Positions 22,877 through 32,980 of a stretch of DNA of 52,348 nt are shown piece by piece (within the stretch, counting starts at the first letter, position 1; each line of letters opens with the position of its first letter). Where the stretch lies: contig CAWHMU010000004.1 of NCBI GenBank assembly GCA_963830365.1, positions 1-52,348 of the forward strand. Reading direction: 5' to 3'. Both the position numbers and the translations under genes were made by a program. The notes below the pieces were generated by a model. It had not been told where the DNA came from and ran no database searches. It saw nothing but the letters and a program-made list of their open reading frames with translations. The stretch comes from an uncultured Chlamydiae bacterium (lineage in GTDB: Bacteria; Chlamydiota; Chlamydiia; Chlamydiales; Parachlamydiaceae).

Positions 22877-25800
22877 CTATTGGCACCAGCTGGGTGTGAT
22901 GGTGACCGTATTGGTAAACGGCGTCTGGGCATTGATGATAAATGTTTTCAATGTATCGGCATAGGTGCCTTGTGTCACTCCCATAATGCCGACATTGACC
23001 ACCTCTTGCTGGGCGGCATCGACCACTTGAATGATGTTTAGTATCGTCTGTCCTGTCGCATCCTTGGTCGTTGCCACCGCTGCCGGACTGACAGGCGGCG
23101 AGACAAAGGTGTACAGGTCGAAAGGCGGATTGGCAGGTGACGTGCCGTAAGTGGCCGTCACGTGAACATCTACCGTGCCGGCAGACTGCAAGGAGGAGAC
23201 GGCCGTTATCTGCGTGTCGGAATCCAAATTGAAACTTGCCGCCGGAAGAGTGCCGAAGAGCACTGAGGTTGCTCCCGTAAAATAAATCCCGGTGATGACA
23301 ACCGTGGTGCCACCAACCGTGGTCCCACTATTCGGGCTGACATTTGTCACAGCAGCAATTGGAAAAGTATAGATAAATTGATCGGCAGGCACTATGGCCG
23401 ATGTGCCAACAGGATTAGTAACAGTGATATCGACTGTGCCGGCGACAGGATTCGGCGGTGATGTCACTGTCATCAAACTATCATTGGTGATGGTATTGAT
23501 TGTGCCAGGGATGCCGCCGAAAGCCACGGCTGTGGCGACACTATAGCCCGCGCCGGTTAAGGTCACAACAGTGCCACCCAAAGTCACTCCGGTATTCGGA
23601 CTGACATTTGTAACGGCAGGCGTATTATTATAGGTATATTGATCAAAAGGCGGATTCGGCCCCGATGTGCTGTTTGCATTCGTCACCGTCACACTGACGG
23701 GGCCAAAGGCATGCGCCGGCGTATTCACGGTCAGCTGTGTGGCGCTAATAATCGAGATGCCGGTGCCAGCAAAGCCGCCAAAGTCAACGGCATTCGCAGA
23801 GAGAAATCCCGTTCCTGTAATAGTTACAGGAGTACCCCCAACAACCGAACCTGAAGATGGACTCAGGCCGGTAATGGTAGGCTGCCCCTCATAGGTGTAT
23901 TGATCGGAAGGCGGATTTGTCAGTGATGTGCCGACAGCGTTGGTCACCGTGACATCGACTGTGCCTGCGGCATGCGCCGGCGCATTGACCGTGATGACAG
24001 TGCCTAAGGAGTTGATAGTAGCAGACGTGATCGCCACCACTGAAGCGCCGAAGTTGACAGCCGTGGCGCCGCCAAAACCTGTGCCTGTGACGGTGACCGC
24101 TGTGCCGCCGGCCGTTGTGCCCGCAGCTGGACTGACAGCATTCACTACGGGCAAGCCGAAGGTGAACAGGTCGGCACTTGATGTGGCCGATGTGCCCACG
24201 GCATTGGTCACCGTGACATCGACTGTGCCTGCGGCATGCGCCGGCGAGTTGACCGTGATGACGGTGCCTGTGGCGTTAATATTGGCAGAGGTGATCGCCA
24301 CCACTGAAGCACCGAAGTTTACCGCCGTCGCACCGCCAAGGCTTGTGCCTGTGACGGTGACCACTGTGCCGCCACCGACCACGCCGGCACCTGGACTAAC
24401 AGCAGTCACTACCGGCGCGCCGAAGGTGAACAGGTCGGCACTCGATGTGGCCGATGTGCCCACGGCATTGGTCACCGTGACATCGACTGTGCCTGCGGCA
24501 TGCGCCGGCGAGTTGACCGTGATGACGGTGCCTGTGGCGTTAATATTGGCAGAGGTGATCGCCACTACCGAAGCGCCGAAGTTGACCGCCGTGGCGCCGC
24601 CAAGACCTGTGCCAGTGACGGTGACCGCTGTGCCGCCACCGACCACGCCGGCACCTGGACTAACCGCAGTCACTACCGGCGAGCCGAAGGTGAACAGATC
24701 GGCGCTCGATGTGGCCGATGTGCCCACGGCATTGGTCACCGTGACATCGACCGAGCCTGCGGCATGCGCCGGCGAGTTGACCGTGATGACGGTGCCTGAG
24801 GCGTTAATATTAGCAGAGGTGATCGCCACCACCGAAGCGCCGAAGTTGACCGCCGTGGCGCCGCCAAGGCTTGTGCCTGTGACGGTGACCGCTGTGCCGC
24901 CACCGACCACGCCAGCGCCCGGACTAATAGCAGTCACTACCGGCGAGCCGAAGGTGAACAGATCGGCACTCGATGTGGCCGATGTGCCCACGGCATTGGT
25001 CACCGTGACATCGACCGTGCCTGCGGCATGCGCCGGCGAGTTGACCGTGATGACGGTGCCTGAGGTGTTAATATTGGCAGAGGTGATCGCCACCACTGAA
25101 GCGCCGAAGTTGACCGCCGTGGCACCGCCAAGGCCTGTACCTGTGACAGTAACCGCTGTGCCGCCACCGACCACGCCAGCGCCCGGACTGACAGCAGTCA
25201 CTACCGGCGAGCCGAAGGTGAAAAGGTCAGCACTCGTCTGAAGCGATGTGCCGAGAGGAGATGTTACAGTGATATGGACTGAAGCAGGTTCGATGCCTTG
25301 CGCCGGCGAGACGGCGCTAATCGAAGTGTCGGAGTTCACGATAAAGCTGGCTGCATTGGTAGTACCGAACTTTACGCTCGTGGCGCCTGTAAAGTCCGTG
25401 CCCACGATGGCCACCGCTGTGCCGCCACCGACCACGCCGGCACCAGGCGAAACCGAGGTGATGACAGGCAGCACAGGTATACCATATGATGCCTGGAAGA
25501 GGCTTGGCGGTACATCATCTCTTCTCCAAGAGTTGATGGCATCGCCGTTATCATTCACCACCATACTGGTATAAAATAAATTTGTAGTCACGGCGGGAGT
25601 CATGGCGACGGCAGTAGACCACGTTGTACTACCAAATGGCAATTTAGCTGCCATAATTTTTTCATTTGAACCATTCCAACTTGCGGAAGCGATTCCCGAA
25701 CCATCCACGTCCACGGATACGGCAGGGTTAATACCTCTGGCAGGTCCCAAATTGCCCGTTGCAGTCCAGTTTGGTCCACCACCTAAAGCTAGTGTAGCCC

Positions 25801-26752
25801 CTACAAAATTATTAGCAGGAGTTAGATAAGCAGCCACGGCATTACCGCTGGGATCTAACGCTACATCGGGAAGATAACCATTACCGAGATCCGTGGTTGC
25901 TATCCATAAAGTACCTGAGACAGTGTCAGCAAGGGTCGCTCCATGAACGATGAAATTCTGTTGCCAGGTGGCGATAGCATTGCCGGCAGTGGAACCCATG
26001 TCGATGCTAAAGTTATTAAAACTCGCTGACAGTGAGGATGAAACAGGAGCGTTCGACCATGTGCCTAAGCCGACATCATACTTCACGCCGTTAAGTCCAA
26101 TGACCCCTAAACCATCTTGCCACATAACAATAGCATTTCCGGCAGCATCTCCAGCAATTCTTGGACTGTTTATGCCACCCCCAGACCAAATGGTAGTTGG
26201 AGCTGACCATACAAATGTATTTACTGGTAGAGTTATTGCTATAAGAAAGTTTGTCCCTGTATTTAAGAAAGCAGCGAGAGCATTGCCGCTGGCATCCACA
26301 GTGACGCTAGAATATGCTGCACCTGCTATACCGGTATTGGTCGACGACCATGTTGCAGAGCCAAAAGCCAGCGTAAAGGCTTTCACAACGTTTGGACTGG
26401 TCTCCCAAAAAATAACAACGGCATTACCGGCAGGGTCTACAGCTAAATCTATACTTTGTATCGTATTTCCGGGAGGAGCCGTGTAAGCAGTATTCGTATT
26501 TGTCCAGATTTTAGTGACGTTGTTAAACGTCGCTGCTCTAAGTTCTTTGGGTGAAGTGTTTTGCACCCAAACTGCAACCGCATTGCCTGCAGTATCCGAC
26601 TTTATTAAAAAAAGATTGCCGTATGGATCACTTGCGAGCGTGTCGGCAGGTGATGACCAGCTCGACCAGTCGGTGGCGGCTTGCAGCCCGGAGTTAGAAC
26701 AAAAAAGGAAGACGCACAGAAGAATTTTTGCTAGATGCTTTACGATATTCAT
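22877..26752 (-). CDS. large secreted/surface protein: N-terminal beta-propeller-like repeats plus 9 IPT/TIG domains
   Basis: Signal peptide; repeated (V/A)D.xGNA.A.W motifs; PVVTAVSP..G...GGTAVTVTG...GTVDVTVTN units. Confidence 0.92.
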   Translation of the reverse strand: MNIVKHLAKILLCVFLFCSNSGLQAATDWSSWSSPADTLASDPYGNLFLIKSDTAGNAVAVWVQNTSPKELRAATFNNVTKIWTNTNTAYTAPPGNTIQSIDLAVDPAGNAVVIFWETSPNVVKAFTLAFGSATWSSTNTGIAGAAYSSVTVDASGNALAAFLNTGTNFLIAITLPVNTFVWSAPTTIWSGGGINSPRIAGDAAGNAIVMWQDGLGVIGLNGVKYDVGLGTWSNAPVSSSLSASFNNFSIDMGSTAGNAIATWQQNFIVHGATLADTVSGTLWIATTDLGNGYLPDVALDPSGNAVAAYLTPANNFVGATLALGGGPNWTATGNLGPARGINPAVSVDVDGSGIASASWNGSNEKIMAAKLPFGSTTWSTAVAMTPAVTTNLFYTSMVVNDNGDAINSWRRDDVPPSLFQASYGIPVLPVITSVSPGAGVVGGGTAVAIVGTDFTGATSVKFGTTNAASFIVNSDTSISAVSPAQGIEPASVHITVTSPLGTSLQTSADLFTFGSPVVTAVSPGAGVVGGGTAVTVTGTGLGGATAVNFGASVVAITSANINTSGTVITVNSPAHAAGTVDVTVTNAVGTSATSSADLFTFGSPVVTAISPGAGVVGGGTAVTVTGTSLGGATAVNFGASVVAITSANINASGTVITVNSPAHAAGSVDVTVTNAVGTSATSSADLFTFGSPVVTAVSPGAGVVGGGTAVTVTGTGLGGATAVNFGASVVAITSANINATGTVITVNSPAHAAGTVDVTVTNAVGTSATSSADLFTFGAPVVTAVSPGAGVVGGGTVVTVTGTSLGGATAVNFGASVVAITSANINATGTVITVNSPAHAAGTVDVTVTNAVGTSATSSADLFTFGLPVVNAVSPAAGTTAGGTAVTVTGTGFGGATAVNFGASVVAITSATINSLGTVITVNAPAHAAGTVDVTVTNAVGTSLTNPPSDQYTYEGQPTITGLSPSSGSVVGGTPVTITGTGFLSANAVDFGGFAGTGISIISATQLTVNTPAHAFGPVSVTVTNANSTSGPNPPFDQYTYNNTPAVTNVSPNTGVTLGGTVVTLTGAGYSVATAVAFGGIPGTINTITNDSLMTVTSPPNPVAGTVDITVTNPVGTSAIVPADQFIYTFPIAAVTNVSPNSGTTVGGTTVVITGIYFTGATSVLFGTLPAASFNLDSDTQITAVSSLQSAGTVDVHVTATYGTSPANPPFDLYTFVSPPVSPAAVATTKDATGQTILNIIQVVDAAQQEVVNVGIMGVTQGTYADTLKTFIINAQTPFTNTVTITPSWCQ
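23900..25225 (-). repeat. intragenic tandem repeat, 264-bp (88-aa) unit, about 5 near-identical copies
   Basis: GCCGAAGGTGAA recurs at 24155, 24419, 24683, 24947, 25211. Confidence 0.95.
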
Positions 26753-27048
26753 CGAATCAGATCCTAAGTTAAAATATTGTGAAAACGGCATTTGTGCGTT
26801 CATTCCAAGGGTAGGCAGCTAGACGAGTAGCTGGTATAGCTCTTTCCAAGCCACTATATTTATAAATAGATTTATAGATCTTTTTTTTAAAAAAAAGAAG
26901 AAAAATATGGTTCATGTGAAAAATTGGGGGCTGGCTCTCTGAGCACAGCTCCCTGAGTGGCTCTCATTAACAACAAGATAACTAGGTGCTATAGCTAAAA
27001 ACGGTTGATCTCAAATAGCTTTTTTCTATTTCTTCTTAGCCTGATCCA

Positions 27049-27247
27049 GATCCACAAAATGCCAAGCACTAGAAATCGTTAGCCCTTAAGCACATCTAAG
27101 CCATCACTTTTGCATTTTGCATATTCGGCCCGTCGAATTTTATCAATAGTGTCATTAAGCAATTTACTGACGTAAAACCTATCAAAAATGATAGGCTTTA
27201 ATAGACTTTGTGTGAGGTGAGATTTCGTATCATTGGCATTGTGTATC
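27049..27247. repeat. ~200-nt imperfect long hairpin between divergent genes
   Basis: CACAAAATGCCAA..GAAATC / GATTTC..TTGGCATTGTG and AAGCCATCACTTTT / AAAATGATAGGCTT. Confidence 0.5.
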
Positions 27248-27447
27248 GTCTAATAGATGATTGTGCTTTATAGTGGGACGAAAGTTTTCCAAAAAGTACG
27301 ATATAATGCCGAATCCGTCAATTAAGTTAAGTGATGTTAGTGCTGTTTTGTTGTGATTATTAACAAAAAACAATTATAATTGTATTAATTGCAAAGGTTG
27401 TGGAGTTTGCTGTTAAATCAATTAAATGGTTGGCCGAGGAGAGTATT

Positions 27448-30348
27448 ATGAGCTTAATATCGGATAACAAAGGTGTTCCAGTAGACTATGCGATGATTGA
27501 AGGTATCCAAGGACCTAGTGATAAACCTGTTGAAACGAACGGCGTAAAAAAGCCCAGGGTTTTTGGTACTAAAAGCGCTTGGCGCATGCTTATTATGGAT
27601 AAAGCCGGCGCAACCCAGCAAGTAGCGATTAAACTGGGGAAGGATGGGGCCTTGTTTCCGACGAAGGCAGACGCCATCAAAGCCGGTGGCAATAGCTGGA
27701 ATTTTACCGTCGTCAAAGTAGGTTATAAAGACAAAGACGGAAAGCTTGTGACAGGTTATGTAAGAGTTAATGACTACAGCTTAGATCGCCTTGACATCAA
27801 AGCAAGTGAGGTAAGAAGCGCGATAAAAAAAAATCGGGTAGAAGCGCTGATAAATTCGAAAGTAAGTGATGTATTAAAAGAACCCATTTCTGCACAAAAG
27901 CAACCACGGCCACTTAAATCGGCATTAAAAAAAGCAGAAAAAAAACCTTCACAAAGCAGAAGTGTTTCATTTAATGAGCGAGTTGAATTTGATGACAAAA
28001 CGACAAAAGCTACAAAGGGTTTAACTGCACCCGTAAAGCCTATCGACAAGGGGGGGGCAGAGACTCCTGTCCGTAGCAAGCTGATCGTTTCGCCATCACC
28101 GACAACGACGGGGACAAGCATGACACCTGCTGGCAGGCGGTCGTTGACCGCTTCAGAAGCTAAGGCGGCAGCATCTTTTATTAATATAGTTGCAGCTAAT
28201 CTGCGTGTCTTTACAGAAGAGGAGCGTGGGGATTTGTTCGATATTTATATGAAACACGACATCGGTACCCCTGGGACGCAGCTAACGACTGCATTTCTTG
28301 ATGACGTGCGGGGTTTTCTAAATACAATCCCCGAAGAAAGAAAAGATGAGATTTTAAGCCAATTAGAGGGCGCTAGTAAGGCAAAGAGACCTGAAGTCGA
28401 GGTAACACTAGTTACACAAAGAGGGCTTATTGAGGTGGCCAGTGAGCTGGCGGATGCATTTATAGGTATCCCCGATAATGAATTTGAAGGGAATATTAGC
28501 AAGGCAGACGATAAGTTCATTAAAGATTTAGCCAAAAAGTGGACTCGTGATCCCGCCTCCTTGAAACTGGATGATGGCATTAGGCCAGAGCTAAAAAATA
28601 TTGCCGCGAAATTAGAGAAGATGGTTGAGGCCAAAAAAAATCGAATTATGGCCCATGCCGAATTGAAAAAGAGTCCATTGACCGAAAAAGAGGTTGAGGG
28701 GGTAAAAGGTCAACAGCAGTTAGCGAGAAATATTACGAAGGATAAGGAGATCAGAGCCGGATTGGTGAAGTTGCTGGACGCTATTATCGATGATAGCAAA
28801 GGTGTCAAAGGGCTTGGGGATGCCAAAGCTCTTGCCAGCTGGCAAGCGGTGAAAGCCGGCGTGCAGGCGCAAACACCGGGCCGCTTCTTAACTGACAAGG
28901 ATGTTAAGGACTACCTAAAACTAATCGAAGCAAAGCTTGGCGATCAGCTTGCAGGCATGCCAAAGATTAAGGTTTACCTACGCAATGTATCAGAATTGCT
29001 GAGTCCTGAAGTGAAACAGGGAAAGGTGCACTATGCATTTACAAAAGAGCAGATCAGAAAACAAACCGCAGACGTCCTGCATGAACGGGCGCTAAGCGGA
29101 TTAATGTCGCTGCTAGATGAGACCTTAAAGCCGGAGGCTAGTGGAGATCAAAAGGCGTTAAAAGCATTTAGGCACTCTCTGAATCAGGGGGTTGGGTATA
29201 CGGGCGACCTTAATAGATTTGAAAATCTTTACGCAAAAGTCAGGCATAAGACGCCAATTTCAGATGCGGAAATATTAGAACTAACAAAGCTCCTTGAAAA
29301 GGGGCTAACCCAAGGAATTTCGTTTTTGGGGACAGGAGCTTTTAAAACACCAACGCAAGAGTTAAAAGATGATATAAAAACTTTAATCGGAGAGGTACGT
29401 GCTGATATCAGATTAAAGGAATCGGTAAATAAAACATCGACAGCAATTGTTTTGCCAAAAGGTATGAAAGCTGAAGTAGAAGCCAGACTGCGTACAAAGG
29501 AAGCTGTAAACATTCTTCATCACGAGGCCGTTAGCAAGTTAGGGAAGCTTTTAGATGCCGCTGATAAAACTTCCAGAATAGGGGATGGTTATTCCTTAGT
29601 GCAAGCGCTTGAAAGAAGTAAGAACAACTACGGGCTGATGGTGTTTAAACAGATTCGGGATAAAATTGAGCAGGGAGACCCTGTTGCCGAAGATGCAATC
29701 AAGGAGGCTCTAACAGTTATTGAACGAGGCATGACAGCTCCTTTGAATGCAATTATGGCAGAGCCTGAGCATCCTATGCCGTTTAAAATCGATGTCGGTA
29801 TCAATGAAATAAAAGAGCTGCTGGCAGCCAAACAGAATCCCGATGTCGATAAAGTTCTGGCAAGACAGCAGCGTATGGATGCCATCCAACAGGGCGGTGT
29901 CGAAAGGAAGACAAGCAGAGGGAAAGTAATAGCTGATGAACCAGTAGCTAAACTTGTGGCGGCCCGCGCTGAGAAACTGGCCGCTGCAGACAAAAAGGGC
30001 AAAGACATTTTACAGAATGGAAAACTTATTGTTGGTTATGTCAGAGGCTTCCGCGGCAATTTGTTGAAGCCAGGTTCGGGTGTGAAGGATTTCTTTGAAA
30101 GCAATATCGTGGCGGCGGATTATGAGAGGATGCAAGAACTCGCTAATAAAGCTTCTGAGTCTGAAATTACGCTAGACGATGTTGAGGAATTGAAAGGTTA
30201 TCTGGAAGGTGTTCTCGCAGGCTGGCTTGAGAAGCGAGAGCGTAAGGGTTTTCCAAAAGACGGAAGTGAAAAGGCTGCCGCCATAATCAAACGTTACTTT
30301 AACCATTTGAGTGAGCTGCTTGCGAAAAGAGAAGAACTTACAAAATAA
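27448..30348 (+). CDS. large Lys/Glu-rich helical hypothetical protein, candidate secreted effector
   Basis: 966 aa, GAGGAG RBS, no TM or Sec signal, KSALKK and RSVSF motifs, degenerate internal helical repeats. Confidence 0.85.
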   Translation: MSLISDNKGVPVDYAMIEGIQGPSDKPVETNGVKKPRVFGTKSAWRMLIMDKAGATQQVAIKLGKDGALFPTKADAIKAGGNSWNFTVVKVGYKDKDGKLVTGYVRVNDYSLDRLDIKASEVRSAIKKNRVEALINSKVSDVLKEPISAQKQPRPLKSALKKAEKKPSQSRSVSFNERVEFDDKTTKATKGLTAPVKPIDKGGAETPVRSKLIVSPSPTTTGTSMTPAGRRSLTASEAKAAASFINIVAANLRVFTEEERGDLFDIYMKHDIGTPGTQLTTAFLDDVRGFLNTIPEERKDEILSQLEGASKAKRPEVEVTLVTQRGLIEVASELADAFIGIPDNEFEGNISKADDKFIKDLAKKWTRDPASLKLDDGIRPELKNIAAKLEKMVEAKKNRIMAHAELKKSPLTEKEVEGVKGQQQLARNITKDKEIRAGLVKLLDAIIDDSKGVKGLGDAKALASWQAVKAGVQAQTPGRFLTDKDVKDYLKLIEAKLGDQLAGMPKIKVYLRNVSELLSPEVKQGKVHYAFTKEQIRKQTADVLHERALSGLMSLLDETLKPEASGDQKALKAFRHSLNQGVGYTGDLNRFENLYAKVRHKTPISDAEILELTKLLEKGLTQGISFLGTGAFKTPTQELKDDIKTLIGEVRADIRLKESVNKTSTAIVLPKGMKAEVEARLRTKEAVNILHHEAVSKLGKLLDAADKTSRIGDGYSLVQALERSKNNYGLMVFKQIRDKIEQGDPVAEDAIKEALTVIERGMTAPLNAIMAEPEHPMPFKIDVGINEIKELLAAKQNPDVDKVLARQQRMDAIQQGGVERKTSRGKVIADEPVAKLVAARAEKLAAADKKGKDILQNGKLIVGYVRGFRGNLLKPGSGVKDFFESNIVAADYERMQELANKASESEITLDDVEELKGYLEGVLAGWLEKRERKGFPKDGSEKAAAIIKRYFNHLSELLAKREELTK

Positions 30349-30351
30349 GAA

Positions 30352-30386
30352 AAGGCCTTAGCTGCCTGGTTGCTAAGGCCGTTTTT
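30352..30386 (+). terminator. intrinsic terminator
   Basis: GGCCTTAGC-loop-GCTAAGGCC then GTTTTT. Confidence 0.7.
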
Positions 30387-30403
30387 CTGGCCGACGCGAA
30401 AAA

Positions 30404-30658
30404 GGACGAAGCGGACTACCTGCTATTTCTGTCGTGCCCGCATGGGCATCGTTTCCCTCTTTAGGATATGATGATTATATCTATGGTTGATGCAAGCCAA
30501 GGAATTATCTCGCCCCCTCGGGGCTGAATTGTTTTTGGATTGTGACCCACGGTGTGCGCCTTTGGCGCTTACACCGTGGGCTACAAATAGGGTCGCTCCC
30601 AAGGGGCTCAACAACAGATACATAACAACTTTTAGTGTCAGTGTGGTCCGCTTCGTCC
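30404..30658. repeat. nested REP-like element
   Basis: Outer GGACGAAGCGGAC/GTCCGCTTCGTCC; inner GCCCCCTCGGGGC, CCCACGGT..ACCGTGGG, GCTCCCAAGGGGC hairpins; outer motif also at 6435. Confidence 0.7.
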
Positions 30659-30692
30659 GCTGTCGCTGTCTGCTCAGTCCGCTTGGTCCATG

Positions 30693-32291
30693 TTAATTCA
30701 GCGGTTCGGCATCGGCCAGGATCTTTTCGACATAGGCCACCCACTCGGCGGCATAGCTGGCGCTGCTGTCGAGCTGGACGGCTCTTTGGAAGGAGAGCAG
30801 GGCGGCTTTATTGTCGCCCAGCTGATGCTGGCAAAGGGCGATATTATACACCAGGCCGAATTGTTCGCCGGTATAAAGCAGCGCTTGCTGGTAATATTTG
30901 AGGGCTTCATCGAAGCGTTTTATGGCATGGAAAAACATGCCGATATCAGCTAGCACACATTTGGTTTGGGGCATGCAGTAGTAGTTGGCGGCCAGGCGTG
31001 GCATGTTTTTGGCCATGAATGCCAACGTTTCGCTATCAGCTCCTGGCACAAGGGAAATGATGCGGTCGGTTAATTTCAAATAGATATGGGGATCCCAGAG
31101 GGCAAATTCCATATAGGCGGCGATGGCGCTTAAGTCATAGCTGTCGATATGGTCGCTGATATGGCGATGTAGAGTGAAATAGTCCGATGGGCTCAGTCTT
31201 TCGACCTTGTCTTCGATGGCAGCGCAGGTCTGGCCAAGATCAGAAAGTTTAAAGCCGCTTGAAAATACGGCCGTGCGAATGCCTTTACGGGGCGTATGGA
31301 GAAAGGCCTCGCCGCCGCTAGCATTAAAATATTGTCCAATGGCGTGAAAGTTTACCATCATGGAGAAGCTTTTGTGGAAGGTAACCGATGGATGGCCGAG
31401 CTTGTCGAGAGACTCAAGTTTGGTATAACCCTTATCGGTGGAGATGATCAGCAGCCGGTTGTTGGAAAGCTTTTCAAGGAATTTAATGGCCTTGAATGAT
31501 CCTATCGGAAACAGGAAACTGGTAGAGTGCAGCTTTTGCTTATACTCATCCAGAATGGTGTCTAGATGTGGATCGCCATAATAGGCGTCATGGATTTCCT
31601 GTAAGCTGTAATCGACCGAGATTTTCTCCATATCGATGGGGTGGCCATCTTGCATGTTGTGCTCATGGGTAGAAAGACCGATGAGCAGTTCATACAGTTT
31701 GCCTTCCTGCACCGTAAATGAATCGTGCGAAATGGTATCGAAAATGTAGTTGGCGAAAGCTGTCAGCGGGTTGACCAAGATTTCGGGGCTGAGGGTGATA
31801 TTCTGACGGATGAGGGTGAGAGGTTGGTCAACTTCCATGTCGTAAACGGCAAAATCGATCAATCCTGCCTCAACGTAAGGTTTTAGCACAGGATGCGTTT
31901 GCCAGTATTCGATATTGTGCATCGTGAAGTCGCTCATGATATAACAGAACTTGATATCATCGAGACCGCGCAGCTTCAAGGATTCCAGCAGTGATTTGAC
32001 AACATAATAGCTGAAGCGGCCGGAGCCCGTGCCGAGTTCCATGATGTAAAAAGGGTGCTTATTGGCATCAGGATGCTGCTTGATCCAATCCTGCATGAAT
32101 GCCAGCACGATCTGGGCGTAGCTATCAGCAATATAGGGGTTGCTGGTGATGTAGAAGGGCACTTGGCTGACCCAGGCATTGATGCCTTCTTTGTCGAAGT
32201 ACTCGCGCTGCATGCGCCAAAGTGCCGATTGGGAAAATCTTTTGTGTGGTTCGATGGTTATTTTTTGTTCGCTTGTGCTGTCTGGTCCCAC
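30693..32291 (-). CDS. SAM-dependent methyltransferase (MidA/NDUFAF7-like fold) with C-terminal TPR
   Basis: FYIMELGTGSGRF, ANYIFD, ISTDKG; TPR GLVYNIALCQHQLGDNKAALLSFQRAVQLD. Confidence 0.82.
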   Translation of the reverse strand: MGPDSTSEQKITIEPHKRFSQSALWRMQREYFDKEGINAWVSQVPFYITSNPYIADSYAQIVLAFMQDWIKQHPDANKHPFYIMELGTGSGRFSYYVVKSLLESLKLRGLDDIKFCYIMSDFTMHNIEYWQTHPVLKPYVEAGLIDFAVYDMEVDQPLTLIRQNITLSPEILVNPLTAFANYIFDTISHDSFTVQEGKLYELLIGLSTHEHNMQDGHPIDMEKISVDYSLQEIHDAYYGDPHLDTILDEYKQKLHSTSFLFPIGSFKAIKFLEKLSNNRLLIISTDKGYTKLESLDKLGHPSVTFHKSFSMMVNFHAIGQYFNASGGEAFLHTPRKGIRTAVFSSGFKLSDLGQTCAAIEDKVERLSPSDYFTLHRHISDHIDSYDLSAIAAYMEFALWDPHIYLKLTDRIISLVPGADSETLAFMAKNMPRLAANYYCMPQTKCVLADIGMFFHAIKRFDEALKYYQQALLYTGEQFGLVYNIALCQHQLGDNKAALLSFQRAVQLDSSASYAAEWVAYVEKILADAEPLN

Positions 32292-32363
32292 AGAGGCTCC
32301 CTTTTTTGGAAAGCTGAAATATGAAAAATGAAGTCTGAAGCTTGCGGAAAGCTTTCAGCATTG

Positions 32364-32870
32364 TTATTTTCTAGCGCGGCGGTTGATGCCGGCTTTGAAA
32401 AAGCCGCCTTCGGCGAGGTCGTTTAAGTGCTCATCGGCACGGCGTTTTTCTTCTAATGTGACTTTTAGCAAGTCGGCGGCCTGTTGTAAGTCGAGCTCTT
32501 TAGCGAAGGTTTTGGCAGTGCCGTAGCGAGCGATGAGGTAATGCGCGATGCATTGGACGGCAGCAATCAGTGCGGCATCCTTTACGGCATCAGTATGACC
32601 GGCTTTGAGGATCTCTTGGCTTTCGCTGATGAGGCCGTGCATGGCGGCACTGTTATAGCCATCGGTATGTATATTTAGGCCGGAAAAGATTTGTTGCAGG
32701 CGTTTGAGGTGATGCTTGGTTTCGTCGAGATGCTCTGCCAGAGCTTCGCGCAGCTCTTGTGACGAGGCGGCATTAGTTAATGCCGGTAGGGCTGCGATGA
32801 GTTGGCTTTCTGCGTTAAAGAGGTCTTGCAGCTGTTCAATAAATAATTTATTAAAAGCTTCTTTGCTCAT
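32364..32870 (-). CDS. ferritin-like YciF/DUF892 protein
   Basis: LQDLFNAESQL..ALP, HLDETKHHLKRL, DAALIAAVQ..HY.IARYGT. Confidence 0.9.
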   Translation of the reverse strand: MSKEAFNKLFIEQLQDLFNAESQLIAALPALTNAASSQELREALAEHLDETKHHLKRLQQIFSGLNIHTDGYNSAAMHGLISESQEILKAGHTDAVKDAALIAAVQCIAHYLIARYGTAKTFAKELDLQQAADLLKVTLEEKRRADEHLNDLAEGGFFKAGINRRARK

Positions 32871-32980
32871 AAATGCCTCGTTAGTATTTTCTGTCTTCTA
32901 ACACATAAATAACATAGGGTGCTTTTGCTGTAAATTTATTGTTTTTCGGAAGAACCTTTTTTTAACGGTGGTAAAACGTG

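Noticed and set aside
23928..25241. 437-aa plus-strand ORF
   Set aside because: Antisense shadow of the repetitive IPT gene.
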